Source of the DNA: Trichoplax adhaerens
Taxonomy: Eukaryota > Animalia > Placozoa
Length of the DNA: 64,000 bases
Direction of reading: 5' to 3'
Assembly: GCF_000150275.1 (NCBI RefSeq)
Contig: NW_002060949.1
Span: 4,378,964-4,442,963, forward strand
In this document: in pieces, positions 30,001 to 40,291 of the stretch
How positions within the stretch are numbered: the stretch's first letter is position 1
Layout: the number at the start of each line of letters is the position of its first letter
Made by a program: the position numbers and the translations under genes
Notes under the pieces: model-generated
What the model was told of the DNA's origin: nothing
Seen by the model: the letters and a program-made list of their open reading frames with translations, nothing else
The model's database searches: none

Positions 30001-32004
30001 ACATTTCTTAAATGAAAGTTAATCCAATTAGTAAATACCCTCCTTCTTACACTAATGATTTGGCCACTTTCTATAATTATAAATATACAAACCATATGCT
30101 ATTAATTAATATGGAATATTCTCATATTTCTTTTGAGGTTATCTCTTAAATACATCTCATAGACGCGATGAGATCGTACGACCATTCAAAAAAGGTATAC
30201 ATTACATAATGAAATATTTCTAGCCATGCAGTAAATTCACAACGCTATACCTTGACTAACATGTATCTACGCCGTACACGCTTCAATAAAATAAGTCATT
30301 CATTAGAGCGCATTATTTGCTATATCTTTTCCGATATATATGTATATTATTTAATTTAGCGGTATAAGTATACCTGCAATGCATGCTTAAAGTACAATAC
30401 CCCTTACAGTTTTACATCAACATTGTAACCCTACAAAATTATTCAGTGTAGTATTCGTATAGTGCCATTACCATTATAATGACTATCATGACCGATTGAT
30501 TTAAAAAATATATGACGGGTGTAGCATACGTAGATTTGTAAGTCATTTCGAAATATTTTACAGAAGAATCTATAAGAAAACTATCTCTGATTATGAGTGA
30601 TTGTACAATCAAATAGCAAGAATAGCAGTAACAATTACTAATTCTATTGATAGCAGTAATGTAGTAAAGTTCCGCAAGCACAAATCAATTGTTACTTCTT
30701 TCTGCCGTTCTTCATGATAGCTTCTTTCATTTATCATAGTAATATGAAACCGCAATATTGGCATTAGCAACGACAACAGGTCAACTTTAACGTAAATTTT
30801 CAAAGGTAAGTAAACTATCAAAACTCCTTTGCAAGCATTATCTCAACTACATACTGTATATACTATGTAGTGCAGTTTTATAGTACTATAGCTCTTCGGA
30901 CAGGCAGTAGGTAAAATCAAAATATGATTTAATATACTTTTCACGCTATGGACACCTTCATGATAACAGAAATTTATGACTTTTTTCTAAGAAAATTAAG
31001 CTGTCCCTAAAGATGATTGCTGACCAAGTATTAAATATTTGCATCCAGGACTTGTTTGCCTGAAAACAGTGCCGAACTAGCGCATATTTCGACCTATCAA
31101 GGAAAGTATAAAGACTACGCGTACGGTATATTTATATCATGGACTACTAAATTCACCGGTGAATTGTAGTCCTTGAGTTGTATACTATAAAATTTACAAA
31201 ACAATTTGCTAATTTTAGTTTCAATGGACAATTCTCGACCACAGAGTTGAACTGGTTGATATACTTTACGAGTACAGTGTATAGTGTACACGTATGTGAT
31301 ACGAATACTCGCAGATTAATCTGATTACATATAGTAAGTAGTTCTATTGTTAAACTATGTACTAACTACTGTAGTGTTGGCAATCAAATATTCCCCAAGG
31401 TACTTCAATTAATGTAAGCTACAGTATTCAGAGTAATAAAAAAGCGTAATTTTTTCACTTTTAGGAGAATTAAAGCCTTGCATGGTAATTTACGAACTGA
31501 TCAGCTATATAATTACTAATTCTACGGCCTGTATACAGTATTCTGATTAAACTAAAAGCAGAAATGCCCCGAGTCAAGGACTTCACTGATTTGAAAGAAA
31601 AAATTAAGGATAACCCATTGTACAATATCTTGAAATCCCATCTTATAACTACTGAACGTTATCGCATTGACATGAATCACCATAACATTTGTGGTTACGT
31701 AAATACATTATTTAAACACATAATCATGATTTTTCTTTATAAATCTATAGCAAATCAACGGCGTCAATTGCATAGCAGACGCTACGTCTTTTGCTAGTAC
31801 CAAATGACGTTAGACTGAGACCAATTATAAATTATAACTATAATTATCAACGTGACGATTCATTAATCAAGCATATCATTTCGACTTTGCTAATTCACAG
31901 ATCAACGTTAATGCATGACTAACGGTAAGAATAATGCCTAACCACTATAAAATTGTATAATTAAGTTATTACAAGAATGTTAATATACCTGAGGCGTTAG
32001 CCAT
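2..32004 (-). CDS. DST/MACF1: Giant spectraplakin-type cytolinker (dystonin/MACF1/Short-stop family): CH1-CH2 actin-binding domain, plakin domain with SH3, acidic linker, ~49 spectrin repeats; multi-exon, roughly 7,000-7,500 aa in this window
   Basis: Hand-spliced GT-AG exons. The putative first coding exon 31989-32004 (ATGGCTAACGCCTCAG|gt, phase 1) joins 30003-30070 in frame. CH, plakin and SH3 motifs follow (see sub-features). Phase-0 rod exons: 18414-19316, 17958-18287, 17556-17885, 17152-17448, 16722-17051, 14991-16595, 14529-14858, 7242-14432, 6844-7167, 6431-6760, 6035-6358, 5628-5954, 5227-5547, 4820-5149, 4418-4747, 4020-4349, 3655-3933, 3258-3569, 2808-3134, 1688-2677, 1005-1331, 362-691 and a last exon starting at 139. 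No EF-hand/GAS2 tail is visible. The start exon and the 3' end are the least certain parts. Confidence 0.9.
7242..14432 (-). CDS. Giant internal exon (7,191 nt, 2,397 codons, ~22 spectrin repeats) of the spectraplakin
   Basis: Uninterrupted ORF (track 7218..14414) bounded by the acceptor ttcttag|GAT at 14432 and the donor CAG|gtaagt at 7242. Length is divisible by 3 and both ends are phase 0. Confidence 0.9.
24510..26650 (-). CDS. Plakin-domain exons including the embedded SH3 domain
   Basis: Exons encode YGIDRIDIQNYVLEHQILH, LLDFVRNIQNELTWLERKEKIEIGRDWS (plakin EL.WL.EKE.EE...DWS), VLPLHFR...IPIRTICSYHDGQ, NDNEYILLDKSNHTKWT and LRVPSLCFLIECQCPEA (plakin SH3: LKPR...ALCDY...W.V...VPSVCFL.P.P..EA). 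This distinguishes the gene from nesprin or dystrophin. Confidence 0.85.
28120..30070 (-). CDS. Tandem calponin-homology (CH1+CH2) actin-binding domain exons of the spectraplakin
   Basis: Spliced small exons read RRRVFTNWINFHLRN / VSKKVDRLEDLFTDGTSLVSLLQVL / ...NRLVACLNFLHRKE / FDISGISVDEIENGNIEHMLSLIWLLITHFH / ...SAQKAILLWCRKATEG / YPGIDIVDFNCSWRSGHALAAIVHGFR / PNAVDF...AIERVFYIPQLLKAK / DICNSKPDDKCILLYIS. These match the spectrin/plakin ABD consensus (KTFTKWVN, DG..L..LLE.L, LIW.II, LL.W, F..SWRDG.A, PD.KS..Y). The ORF track misses them because the exons are short. Confidence 0.92.
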
Positions 32005-34083
32005 TGCTCTTAATATACTTTTCTGAGCTAATTAATTAATCGATAAATTGAAGATCGTTTATCCGCTTCTTTCCTAGAACGAAATTGATAGAAATCTATT
32101 AAAATGTCGTTACCCCCCAAAAAAATTTCGAATTGGATTTTGATACGACAAGGGACACGAGTTAGTAAAATAAGCTTCAATAAATGGAGAATAATCCTTA
32201 AGAAAACAAACACTTCATTACAGAAATAGAAATGATGTAAAAATCAATCAATGCACACTTCCAATAGTACTGAAAGATAATCCAAAGTACAGTACTGTAT
32301 GCTATTAATTAATTATACTGTATATATATATAAGGAGTTCAATTTGATGAAACATCTAAATGTTAATAGACATATTTCATGCAAATGATATTTCCGTAAG
32401 CCGCGATCGCTCGTTCATCCACTTGGTACTGTATTAAAGTAGAAAGGTCGAGAAAGCAGCGGCATTTCTGTAAACAACAACTACCGTAGAGAAAACAAAA
32501 GCCTCCCTCTAAGTTTTCATGATCATGTAACTCAATGAACGCTTGTGTAAAGAACGGAGGTGGCTATTGTAGATCAACGACGCTTGCAAATGCTTTGATA
32601 CAGTGATCATATTAAAGGTTAGTGAATCTGCTTTTCTTTATTCTCCTAATCATACAAAAAATTTTGCTGCATTATCAAGTGTACACTGTACAGTACAGTA
32701 ATGCGATCGATGGTTAAAGCCTGCAGAATCATTTTACTCGCTCAGGCAACATGCTGTGCAAAACAGATGTGTTTGTATGCATTGGCCCTTTCTTGACATT
32801 CATAGTGAATCAACTCTACGTTGACATCTTCAAAGTACGTGTAGATTAATCAATTCATTACACCCATCTCTATCTGATGTCTACATTGTACGAGTATATA
32901 GAAATGTAGGTGAACTTGACTCAATTTACAGGAAGACTTGAGTAAGCCATCGCGCCATCAACCTATCACTAGGAAATTTCTACACGATGGCCTCACGTTT
33001 TAACTGATATATACATACATTATACAGTATACTGTCCTATTATGATTTCTCGTCTACGTGTATTCATGTACAAGCATTGTAGAATAGTTTACTAATTGAT
33101 GGACATTTTCAAGTAATTACAATAGTCCACGATGTTCACATTTGCTTTCCAATTCTGGCGATATCGTGTGCAAGCACTGTTCACATCTAGCAGTAAGCTC
33201 ATCATCAGCCTAATATACTGTACAGTGTACATACAGTAAGGGAAATTTTTAAGCGACTACACCTGTCTATGATAGTATGATGCCTCTGTACTTTTAATTT
33301 CTTTACTATTTACTATACATTGAGTAATAACCCTTGGTATCCAGTAGTTTATCACCAGCGTAGTATACGATAGTAAAGTAGCGTCTAGCCATGAGGTTGA
33401 ATACTAATTTACTTCCTACACTATCAATATTCATACAAAAAGCATGATTAAGGTAATAAACTACCAACCTTCAGTAAAAGCATGGGACCCATTCAATCCT
33501 ATTATCAATCCTAATATTAGGATTTCGTAGTAGGATGGAATAGGCTATACAGTACAGTACAGTATACCAAAAGCGAACAACGCCATGTGTCAAGCGTTAC
33601 TTGCATTTTTTACAACAATTATTACTATCTCTAGCGATTCTGATAGCGATAAATTAATTATCCGATCGTCTTCATGACAATCCTATCCTACTTTGTACCT
33701 TACCAAATGGAGCAGTGGCAGTCTATGATCGCCTACCGGTAAATAAGCAATCGTTATAAATGATTGGATTGATGTGTATTTCCTAGGCCAAGTCCAGCAC
33801 CACGAGCCAAACTAGACGTCAAATGAGTGGAACACGTTCTACAATCTACAGTACTTTGGAGTAGACCGTTAGCAGGATGAATCCAATTTTTTTTTCCTTT
33901 ATCTTCTAAATGGCGATTGTTAATTTATTGAAACAAGTCAAAAAAAAATATCTTGTGATATTGTAGAAGGCTAACAGTAATCTGTTTAACGGGAAAATTC
34001 AATTTACTAATTTGATTGAAATCAGAATGAAAATGATCATCAATTAAAATGCTACGCCGCTTTCGCTGAGCTGATAACAAATC

Positions 34084-35270
34084 AGTACAGTCACAGTACT
34101 GTACTGTACTAATAAATCAATCAATTATAACGAACGAACAAGTCAATCTTTGTACATGTACGTTGTTTGTTGTACAGCACTCCCGGTATAGAGTACTGTA
34201 AACTGACTACGGTCTATCGTACCTTAAGCTACAGTACTTCTTGATAGCGTGACCGTTAATAAAGCAGCGGCGTCTTGATGATCATTGTACTGTACAGTGT
34301 ACAGTGAGTGTACTGTACAGTACACTGTACACTATACTGTATGCAGTACATACTGTACAGTGTACTGTACATGTGTAAGATTACATGATTGATAAACATT
34401 GCAAATGATACCGTTAACCCCTCTAGGCTGCAGCCTATAGGCAGATACAGTACTGTACGCTAGCGGTACATTGCGGTACAGTTCTGTACTTAATTATTGG
34501 CATCTCATCCAGGAACGCTCAAAACTTCGCGCATGCTTGATTTTAGGACATTATTGATGCACTGCATGCTGTGTATACCGTACTGTATGTGTTCGGTAGA
34601 CCTAAACATTTCCCTCGAGAAATGAAATGACTGGATCTAGAGTCCGATTTTATTTCTTAATTGATTGACTGGCCAAACTCGTTTCACGGATAACGCGATT
34701 TTAAGTGAATAAGCATTAATAAGATTTGATTTTGCGTGACAGACGGAACGGTGATCGGATAATTAGATATCAAACCAAACTACCGTACACTGTACAGTAC
34801 AGTAATAGCTACAGTATAATACATACAGTACAGTAGAAGAACAGTAATAATGATTTACTGTACAGTACAGTACAGTACTGTACTGTACTGTAGAATAGAA
34901 TTAATAAAATTTGATTTTGGGTGCCAGACGGAAGCGTGGTCGGATAATTAGACATCAAACCAAACTACAGTACAGTAAACAGCAGTGTGCTGTAGTGTAC
35001 TGTACTGTACAGTGTACTGGAAGACAATAATGACATAGTGTACAGTATACGCATACGCGTATGGGCAACAGCAATAATGTTGTTCAGCCTAATAAGCATT
35101 AAAATTTGATTCAGGGTGGCAGACGGAAGGGTGGTCGGATAATTAGATATCAAAACAAACTACAGTACAGTACTGTACAGTAACCAGCACTGTACTCTTA
35201 TCTAAGGGTCTCTAGTAAACAGCATATACTGTTTTTCTAAGATAATAGCTATACTGTACTGTATACTGGA
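34084..35270. repeat. Dense (TACAG)n/(CTGTA)n pentamer arrays in both orientations
   Basis: Examples: 34286-34375 and 34857-34892 (TACTGTACAGTACAGTACAGTACTGTACTGTACTGTA). The same motif occurs at 32287, 32683, 33548 and 37655-37845. Confidence 0.85.
34724..35163. repeat. Three ungapped ~90%-identical 60-bp direct repeats separated by TACAG-rich spacers
   Basis: Copies at 34724-34783, 34909-34968 and 35104-35163. Consensus ATTTGATTTTGGGTGNCAGACGGAAGGGTGGTCGGATAATTAGATATCAAACCAAACTAC; 6 mismatches between neighbouring copies; periods 185 and 195 bp. Confidence 0.93.
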
Positions 35271-35868
35271 AGACATAATTATTAAATCTTCGAATCATAT
35301 GGTACTTGCTGCACAATACTTGTAGCACAACTGTAATAAATTAGGCACAAAAACTAATACAAACGATAATAATTAAATTCTGACCTACTGTAGTAAAAAT
35401 CTCCTTTTCACAGGCCTTACTTTCGAGATAATGATATGAAAACACATTTGCAAATGAGCTCAATTCATTATTCATCTCGCCAAGATATTGCCTGAATACC
35501 GTATAGTATCATATCAAAAATCAATAAAACGGTCTATTAGAGCTGTCCAGAATACTCTACTGCCCACGTAGACTGCAGAAACTTCTAAAACAGAGAAACC
35601 GATAGAGGGTTATTAGCAGCTGTACGAAAATGTCGAGGCCTATTTCATCCGATCAGCGCATGTACATTGTAGTGAACAGTATCATTTACTTTTTCCTACA
35701 TTATTCTATGGACCTTTAGGTTTTTTTCTAGTAGTCCACAGTCTATGGTAAAACCATAGCTATATAGTAGAAATCCTGAATCATAACTACATACACGCAT
35801 CAACCACAGTAAACCAACAGCGAGGGCTGCGATTCAATTGCGCCAATTTAAACATCTTAAAACACATG

Positions 35869-35874
35869 TTTATT
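35869..35874 (-). terminator. Putative polyadenylation signal of SIGMAR1
   Basis: AATAAA on the minus strand, ~65 nt after the TAA stop. Confidence 0.5.
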
Positions 35875-35938
35875 TCATATTATAAACGGCAAGGTATCTA
35901 ATTAATAGAAATTTATCCCCAGATTATACAAAACAGGA

Positions 35939-37535
35939 TTAGAAAACACCCTGTAGTAATTCCTGAGTTATAGCTCTAGCGTAGATTCTTAGTATTCGAA
36001 ATAAAAGGACAAAGTCCTGCGTCCCAAATATAGTGTCCGATAGAGCAAATCCTAAGGTGGAAGGAATAAACCCACGACCATATTCTACCATCCAAGTATT
36101 CGGACTCCATTGTACTGCAGTGACTTCACCTATCTCATGTATAACTGTTGTCCCGGGACGATGAACATTGCTGAACGTCGTACCTTCCTTCCATTGACGA
36201 AATGATCCGCTCAGAATAGTATCGGATATCGTAGCCCAATAACGACCTGCAAAGACAGAAAAAATTAATGTGCTGACCGGTAATTTTACAATATTGTCAT
36301 TACAACTTCTTTATATCGGCTAACATTCAATCAATCATAAATCTATCCAGTGTCTCAGTGTGCCTTATAGCTACCACTGTATGACAAAATTTAAAAACTA
36401 ACGCATAACATTAGCCCTAGTTAATGGAATATACAGTACCAGAATGTCCAGATGTATCAATTGCAGTTCCAAACACCAACACATATTCAGTGATGGATGC
36501 ATGCAGTAAGTAAAATGATCCCATCCAACCACCACAATTAATAAATATCCATTCAGATTCTTCTAAAATATGGCGGGGATAACGAATTTTTAGCTCTGCT
36601 GTTACGTTAGCCAATGCATCATCGATTGGCATGCCTGCGATTACAATAAGGAAATGATACATTAATTAGTTATTAGGATAGAGGACATTGGGCGGCCATA
36701 CCGTAGATCGTAAGAATAGGATTAACTGGTTACTCATTGTCAATTCTCTATTATAGTGTAACGATGAACTTATCCATAGCTATATTAAACGTGAGTACTA
36801 ACAATATAGTACGCGTAGTTATTGCAGTCAATAAAACTGATTACGGTCATAAAATAATTGTAGTATCGGTTGTTTTGTCTTTGCTACGTAAATAATACCG
36901 TATAAAACGAACAATTAAGTTAATAACTAGTCACAAGCATACAAGCTCGTACTAAAAATTAATCCACTATATTATACGTCTACTGCTGTAGTTGATCATT
37001 ACGTGGTTATTCACAACCTACAACGTATACATAAAATATTCAGTAAGCTAATCTTGTCTCGCGGAATTTACTTTTATGTCTGTCAAGACTACACGAAAGC
37101 AATATTGAATTCATTCAGAAGTTATACTGATTAGAATACTCGATAATATTATACGAGTACATACAGTACAATAATCAGAGTAAAATCATATGCATATGAT
37201 ATACATAGTGCGAAGGGACAGAGGTAATTAAATCTATAATGTAAAGTAAAAAAGTGCAAATAATTACATTATATTATATAACATAATAATTATAAATAAT
37301 AATCATAGTACGCGAAATATGATGAGCAAAGATTGGGCAGGTTTAGTGCAGCAGGTCATACATTAGTACAGTAGCTGCATATGCGTATGTAGGTACCTAC
37401 GGCTTTCTTAGCGACTTCCGCTATTTCATCATGGCTAAAGAGATAGCTTTTGTTATCAAGCCATCTTTGCGTAATGATTGCTATTGCTGCGATGGAAATA
37501 ACTACTAAAAGACTTCCTTTTATAAGACCAGCCAT
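35939..37535 (-). CDS. SIGMAR1: Sigma non-opioid intracellular receptor 1 (ERG2/sigma-1 family), 213 aa
   Basis: Exons 37397-37535, 36440-36634 and 35939-36246 splice in frame (642 nt). N-terminal TM segment, then [51 protein letters not shown]...[21 protein letters not shown]. Residues equivalent to human Y103, D126 and E172 are retained. Confidence 0.96.
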
Positions 37536-37913
37536 GATGAACCTTCACTTGGCACAATTAAACCTAGTAGATTAAAACATTTTCAGCGATCGACCGGCAC
37601 CAGCTTCGCAAGCTAAGACCTTCTTGATACGGACAGCATTACACAATGGTGCAGTTGTACACTGTACTGTACAGTATGATGATAGAGGCGGAAAGAAAGA
37701 AAAACGTACAGTACAGTACTACAATACGTACAGTACAGTATTGCACTGTACACTGTACTGCACCGTACAATACGATACTACTGTATTGTGATCTCTTGTA
37801 GCTGTACTGTGTATAATACAGTACGGTACTATGAGTCTACTGTATGACCGTGTTACAACTTACTCGAGCCTACGGCGCTAGTTATCCACTAGGCACAGTG
37901 GAGGATTGGACAC
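37536..37913. promoter_or_regulatory. Bidirectional promoter shared by SIGMAR1 and EIF3H
   Basis: The two ATGs point away from each other 378 bp apart. The interval is packed with GTACAGTAC/TACTGTAC repeats and includes an ETS-like GGCGGAAA. Confidence 0.7.
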
Positions 37914-40234
37914 ATGGCGGATTACAAGATGAGCAGGGCTGAAATTGATGTCCCCATCAAGAAAGTCTCGATAGATGGCCAAGTAAGTCTTTATCATACC
38001 ATAGCACGTACTTCTCGATTGTGAGGAAGTTGAGAATGAACTATATTCTCAATTTGTGATGGACCCGTAATTAAAGTAAATCAAGTCTTCAACTCCTTAA
38101 TCCTAAAACGATCCAGTAATTAGTACTCGCTCAACAGCTTCTATACTCTTATTGAAATTTCAATTGTACATGAATATTTTCATGTACTTCTTTCTAGTAT
38201 ATATCGACTCCTTTCACAGAAAAATTTTAACTTTTTATCTTCGATAACTTGGAATACAAAAATAGAAACAATACAATTTTAGTACTCTGCTCCAAGTGGT
38301 TAATTAGGAAAAATTATCGTAACCGATCATACACGTAAACTGGATGCGCATACTTTACCGTACCATGATCACTATCAGATGAAGCAAGAGAATAATTAAC
38401 TACCCTTTACTTGGTGCATCAAATATAACCAATATGTATATATCAATGTACAAATAGAAAGCGTACTTCCATCTTTTTTCCTTTCTCATTGCTGAGTCGA
38501 TCTATTCTGTGTGTCAATGACGTACTGGTGAGTGTTATAGTGTAGTAGACTTCGGATCAACTTGACCCGAGAATTCTTCTAATAAAGTATGCTATCACCT
38601 ATAGTGCGAATACTCGATACATCTTGTGTCGTAGTTCTATTGAGTGCTGTATTTCTAAAACATGAAACACTATTCTTAAATTTTACACTAAATTGACCAA
38701 CGGTCAATATCATTGTGTCATCGATGACAAATCTTAACTGTCATTACAGTAATCCTCTATTGAATGTATTGCAAAATACGTATATTGAAGCACAACTCAC
38801 TTCGATTATTTGTAGTGTTAATTATTAATCCGTATTACCAATAGGTAATCTTACAAATTATCAGACACTGCCAGAGTGAGCGAGATAGCACTGATTTGGC
38901 ACAAGGTGTCTTGCTTGGCATGCTGGTCGATAATTGTACAGAAGTCACCTACTGTTTTCCATTCCCGGAATTTACCGAAGCAGATACTGATAACGGTAAG
39001 AGAATATATCAATAGAAAATAAAATTGATGGTACTATGTAGTTAACTTACCATGATGTTCTTATTCTATATCCCTATAGACATTGAAATGTATCAACTGG
39101 ATATGATGAAGTATTTACGATCTATAAATATGGATCACATGCAAGTCGGATGGTACAGAGCTAGTCCTTTCGATTTAAATGTCATCAAAGACATGTTGGA
39201 CTCCCAATATACGTACCAAAAACAAATCCATGAATCTGTTGGTCTACTATTCGGTACAAAATCCCTACTATGATCGTTTGTTTGATTGTTTTATTAGTAA
39301 CGATAATAATCCAACATATTGTATTGTACAGTACATGCCCAATGTAATTCGGTTATAGCAATGGAGTAATAATCCTATCCTTTCAATTGACTATGGTTTA
39401 TCCTCACTATTAAAATGTTCATAGATCCAATTAAAGCAGCTCAAGGTAACTTATCCATGAAAGCTTATAGATTATCTTCCAAAGTCATGGAAATGTACGG
39501 TCAAGGAAGTACCGAATTTACCGTAAACAGGTGAATTTGATGATATCAGTTAAGGCAGGAAAGTACCATCGCTATTTGTAACATCCACACTTTATAAATT
39601 TACATAGTATATTAGCAGCTGGGCTGAGTTACGAAAATATATTTGAGGAAATTCCTGTAGAAATTCGAAACTCTAGCTTGTGCAACGTGTATTTGGCGCA
39701 ACTAAAACTGAATCACTCGTCAGCACCCACAAGCTACTTGACTCTAGGAACAGAGTACGTAAAATACGTAATATTGTCATAGACATGGTATATATATTGA
39801 TCATTCAATAATATTCTTTACTGATATCATCCTTTGTAGCTCACATTTGGAAAAGTCCCTACGATTGCTTTCGGAAAGCCTAGACGAATTACATCAAGAA
39901 GCTGGAAAATTATCAGTATACCATAAGACACTAAGGATGCACCATCAAAAGCAGCAGTCTTTACTGAAAAAGGTGAATTAATAATACTACTGATTACAGT
40001 TGCTTTCTGAGATCTTATATTGACTATTTTCAAATTTCCTAGCGAGGAGATAATGCAAAGGCACGTGATGATGACGACTCAAAACAGAATCGACCCCCTC
40101 CAGCTCCTTATCGACTAGATAATCTTTTGGTTGCCAACCAAACGAATAAATTTTGCCAAGAATTGAATCAGTATGTTTCACAGAGCTTCAGCAAACTATT
40201 TCTAGCAGAAGCTCTTGAAAATAATGAAAGTTAG
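37914..40234 (+). CDS. EIF3H: Eukaryotic translation initiation factor 3 subunit H (MPN domain), 323 aa
   Basis: Exons 37914-37982, 38845-38995, 39080-39253, 39425-39530, 39608-39754, 39840-39972 and 40043-40234 (972 nt, in frame). Motifs V.IDG.V.L.II.HC, QGVLLG, EVTYCFPFP, YQLDMMKYLRSINMDHMQVGWY, DPIKAAQGNLSMKAYRL, FEEIPVEIRNS, P.RLDNLL, KLFLAEAL. AATAAA at 40310-40315. Confidence 0.95.
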
Positions 40235-40273
40235 GCTAAAAAACGTCCTTCAACATAATACCACACTATGTGT

Positions 40274-40291
40274 TATATATATATATATATA
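40274..40291. repeat. (TA)n dinucleotide run in the EIF3H 3' UTR
   Basis: tatatatatatatatata between the stop codon and the AATAAA signal. Confidence 0.8.

Noticed and set aside
30251-30430. Alternative first coding exons of the plakin (ATGTTAGTCAAG|gt, ATGCATTGCAG|gt)
   Set aside because: Phases 0 and 2 do not match the phase-1 acceptor at 30070. They may be UTR exons but cannot be supported.
2-32004. Nesprin, dystrophin or spectrin assignment for the giant gene
   Set aside because: The plakin-specific DWS and SH3 (VPSLCFL) motifs are present after the CH domains.
34724-35163. CRISPR array, spliced-leader RNA or U7 snRNA reading of the 60-bp repeats
   Set aside because: Eukaryotic context, 125-135 bp low-complexity spacers and no cas genes. 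The Sm-like ATTTTG is broken in copy 3, and there is no conserved donor site or compensated hairpin.
39140-39170. Missing JAMM histidines in the MPN domain (VGWYRAS) as a sign of pseudogenisation
   Set aside because: eIF3h is normally an MPN protein without a complete JAMM motif, and the ORF is intact.
39827-40181. Minus-strand ORFs 39827-40033 and 39987-40181
   Set aside because: Antisense to EIF3H exons 6-7.
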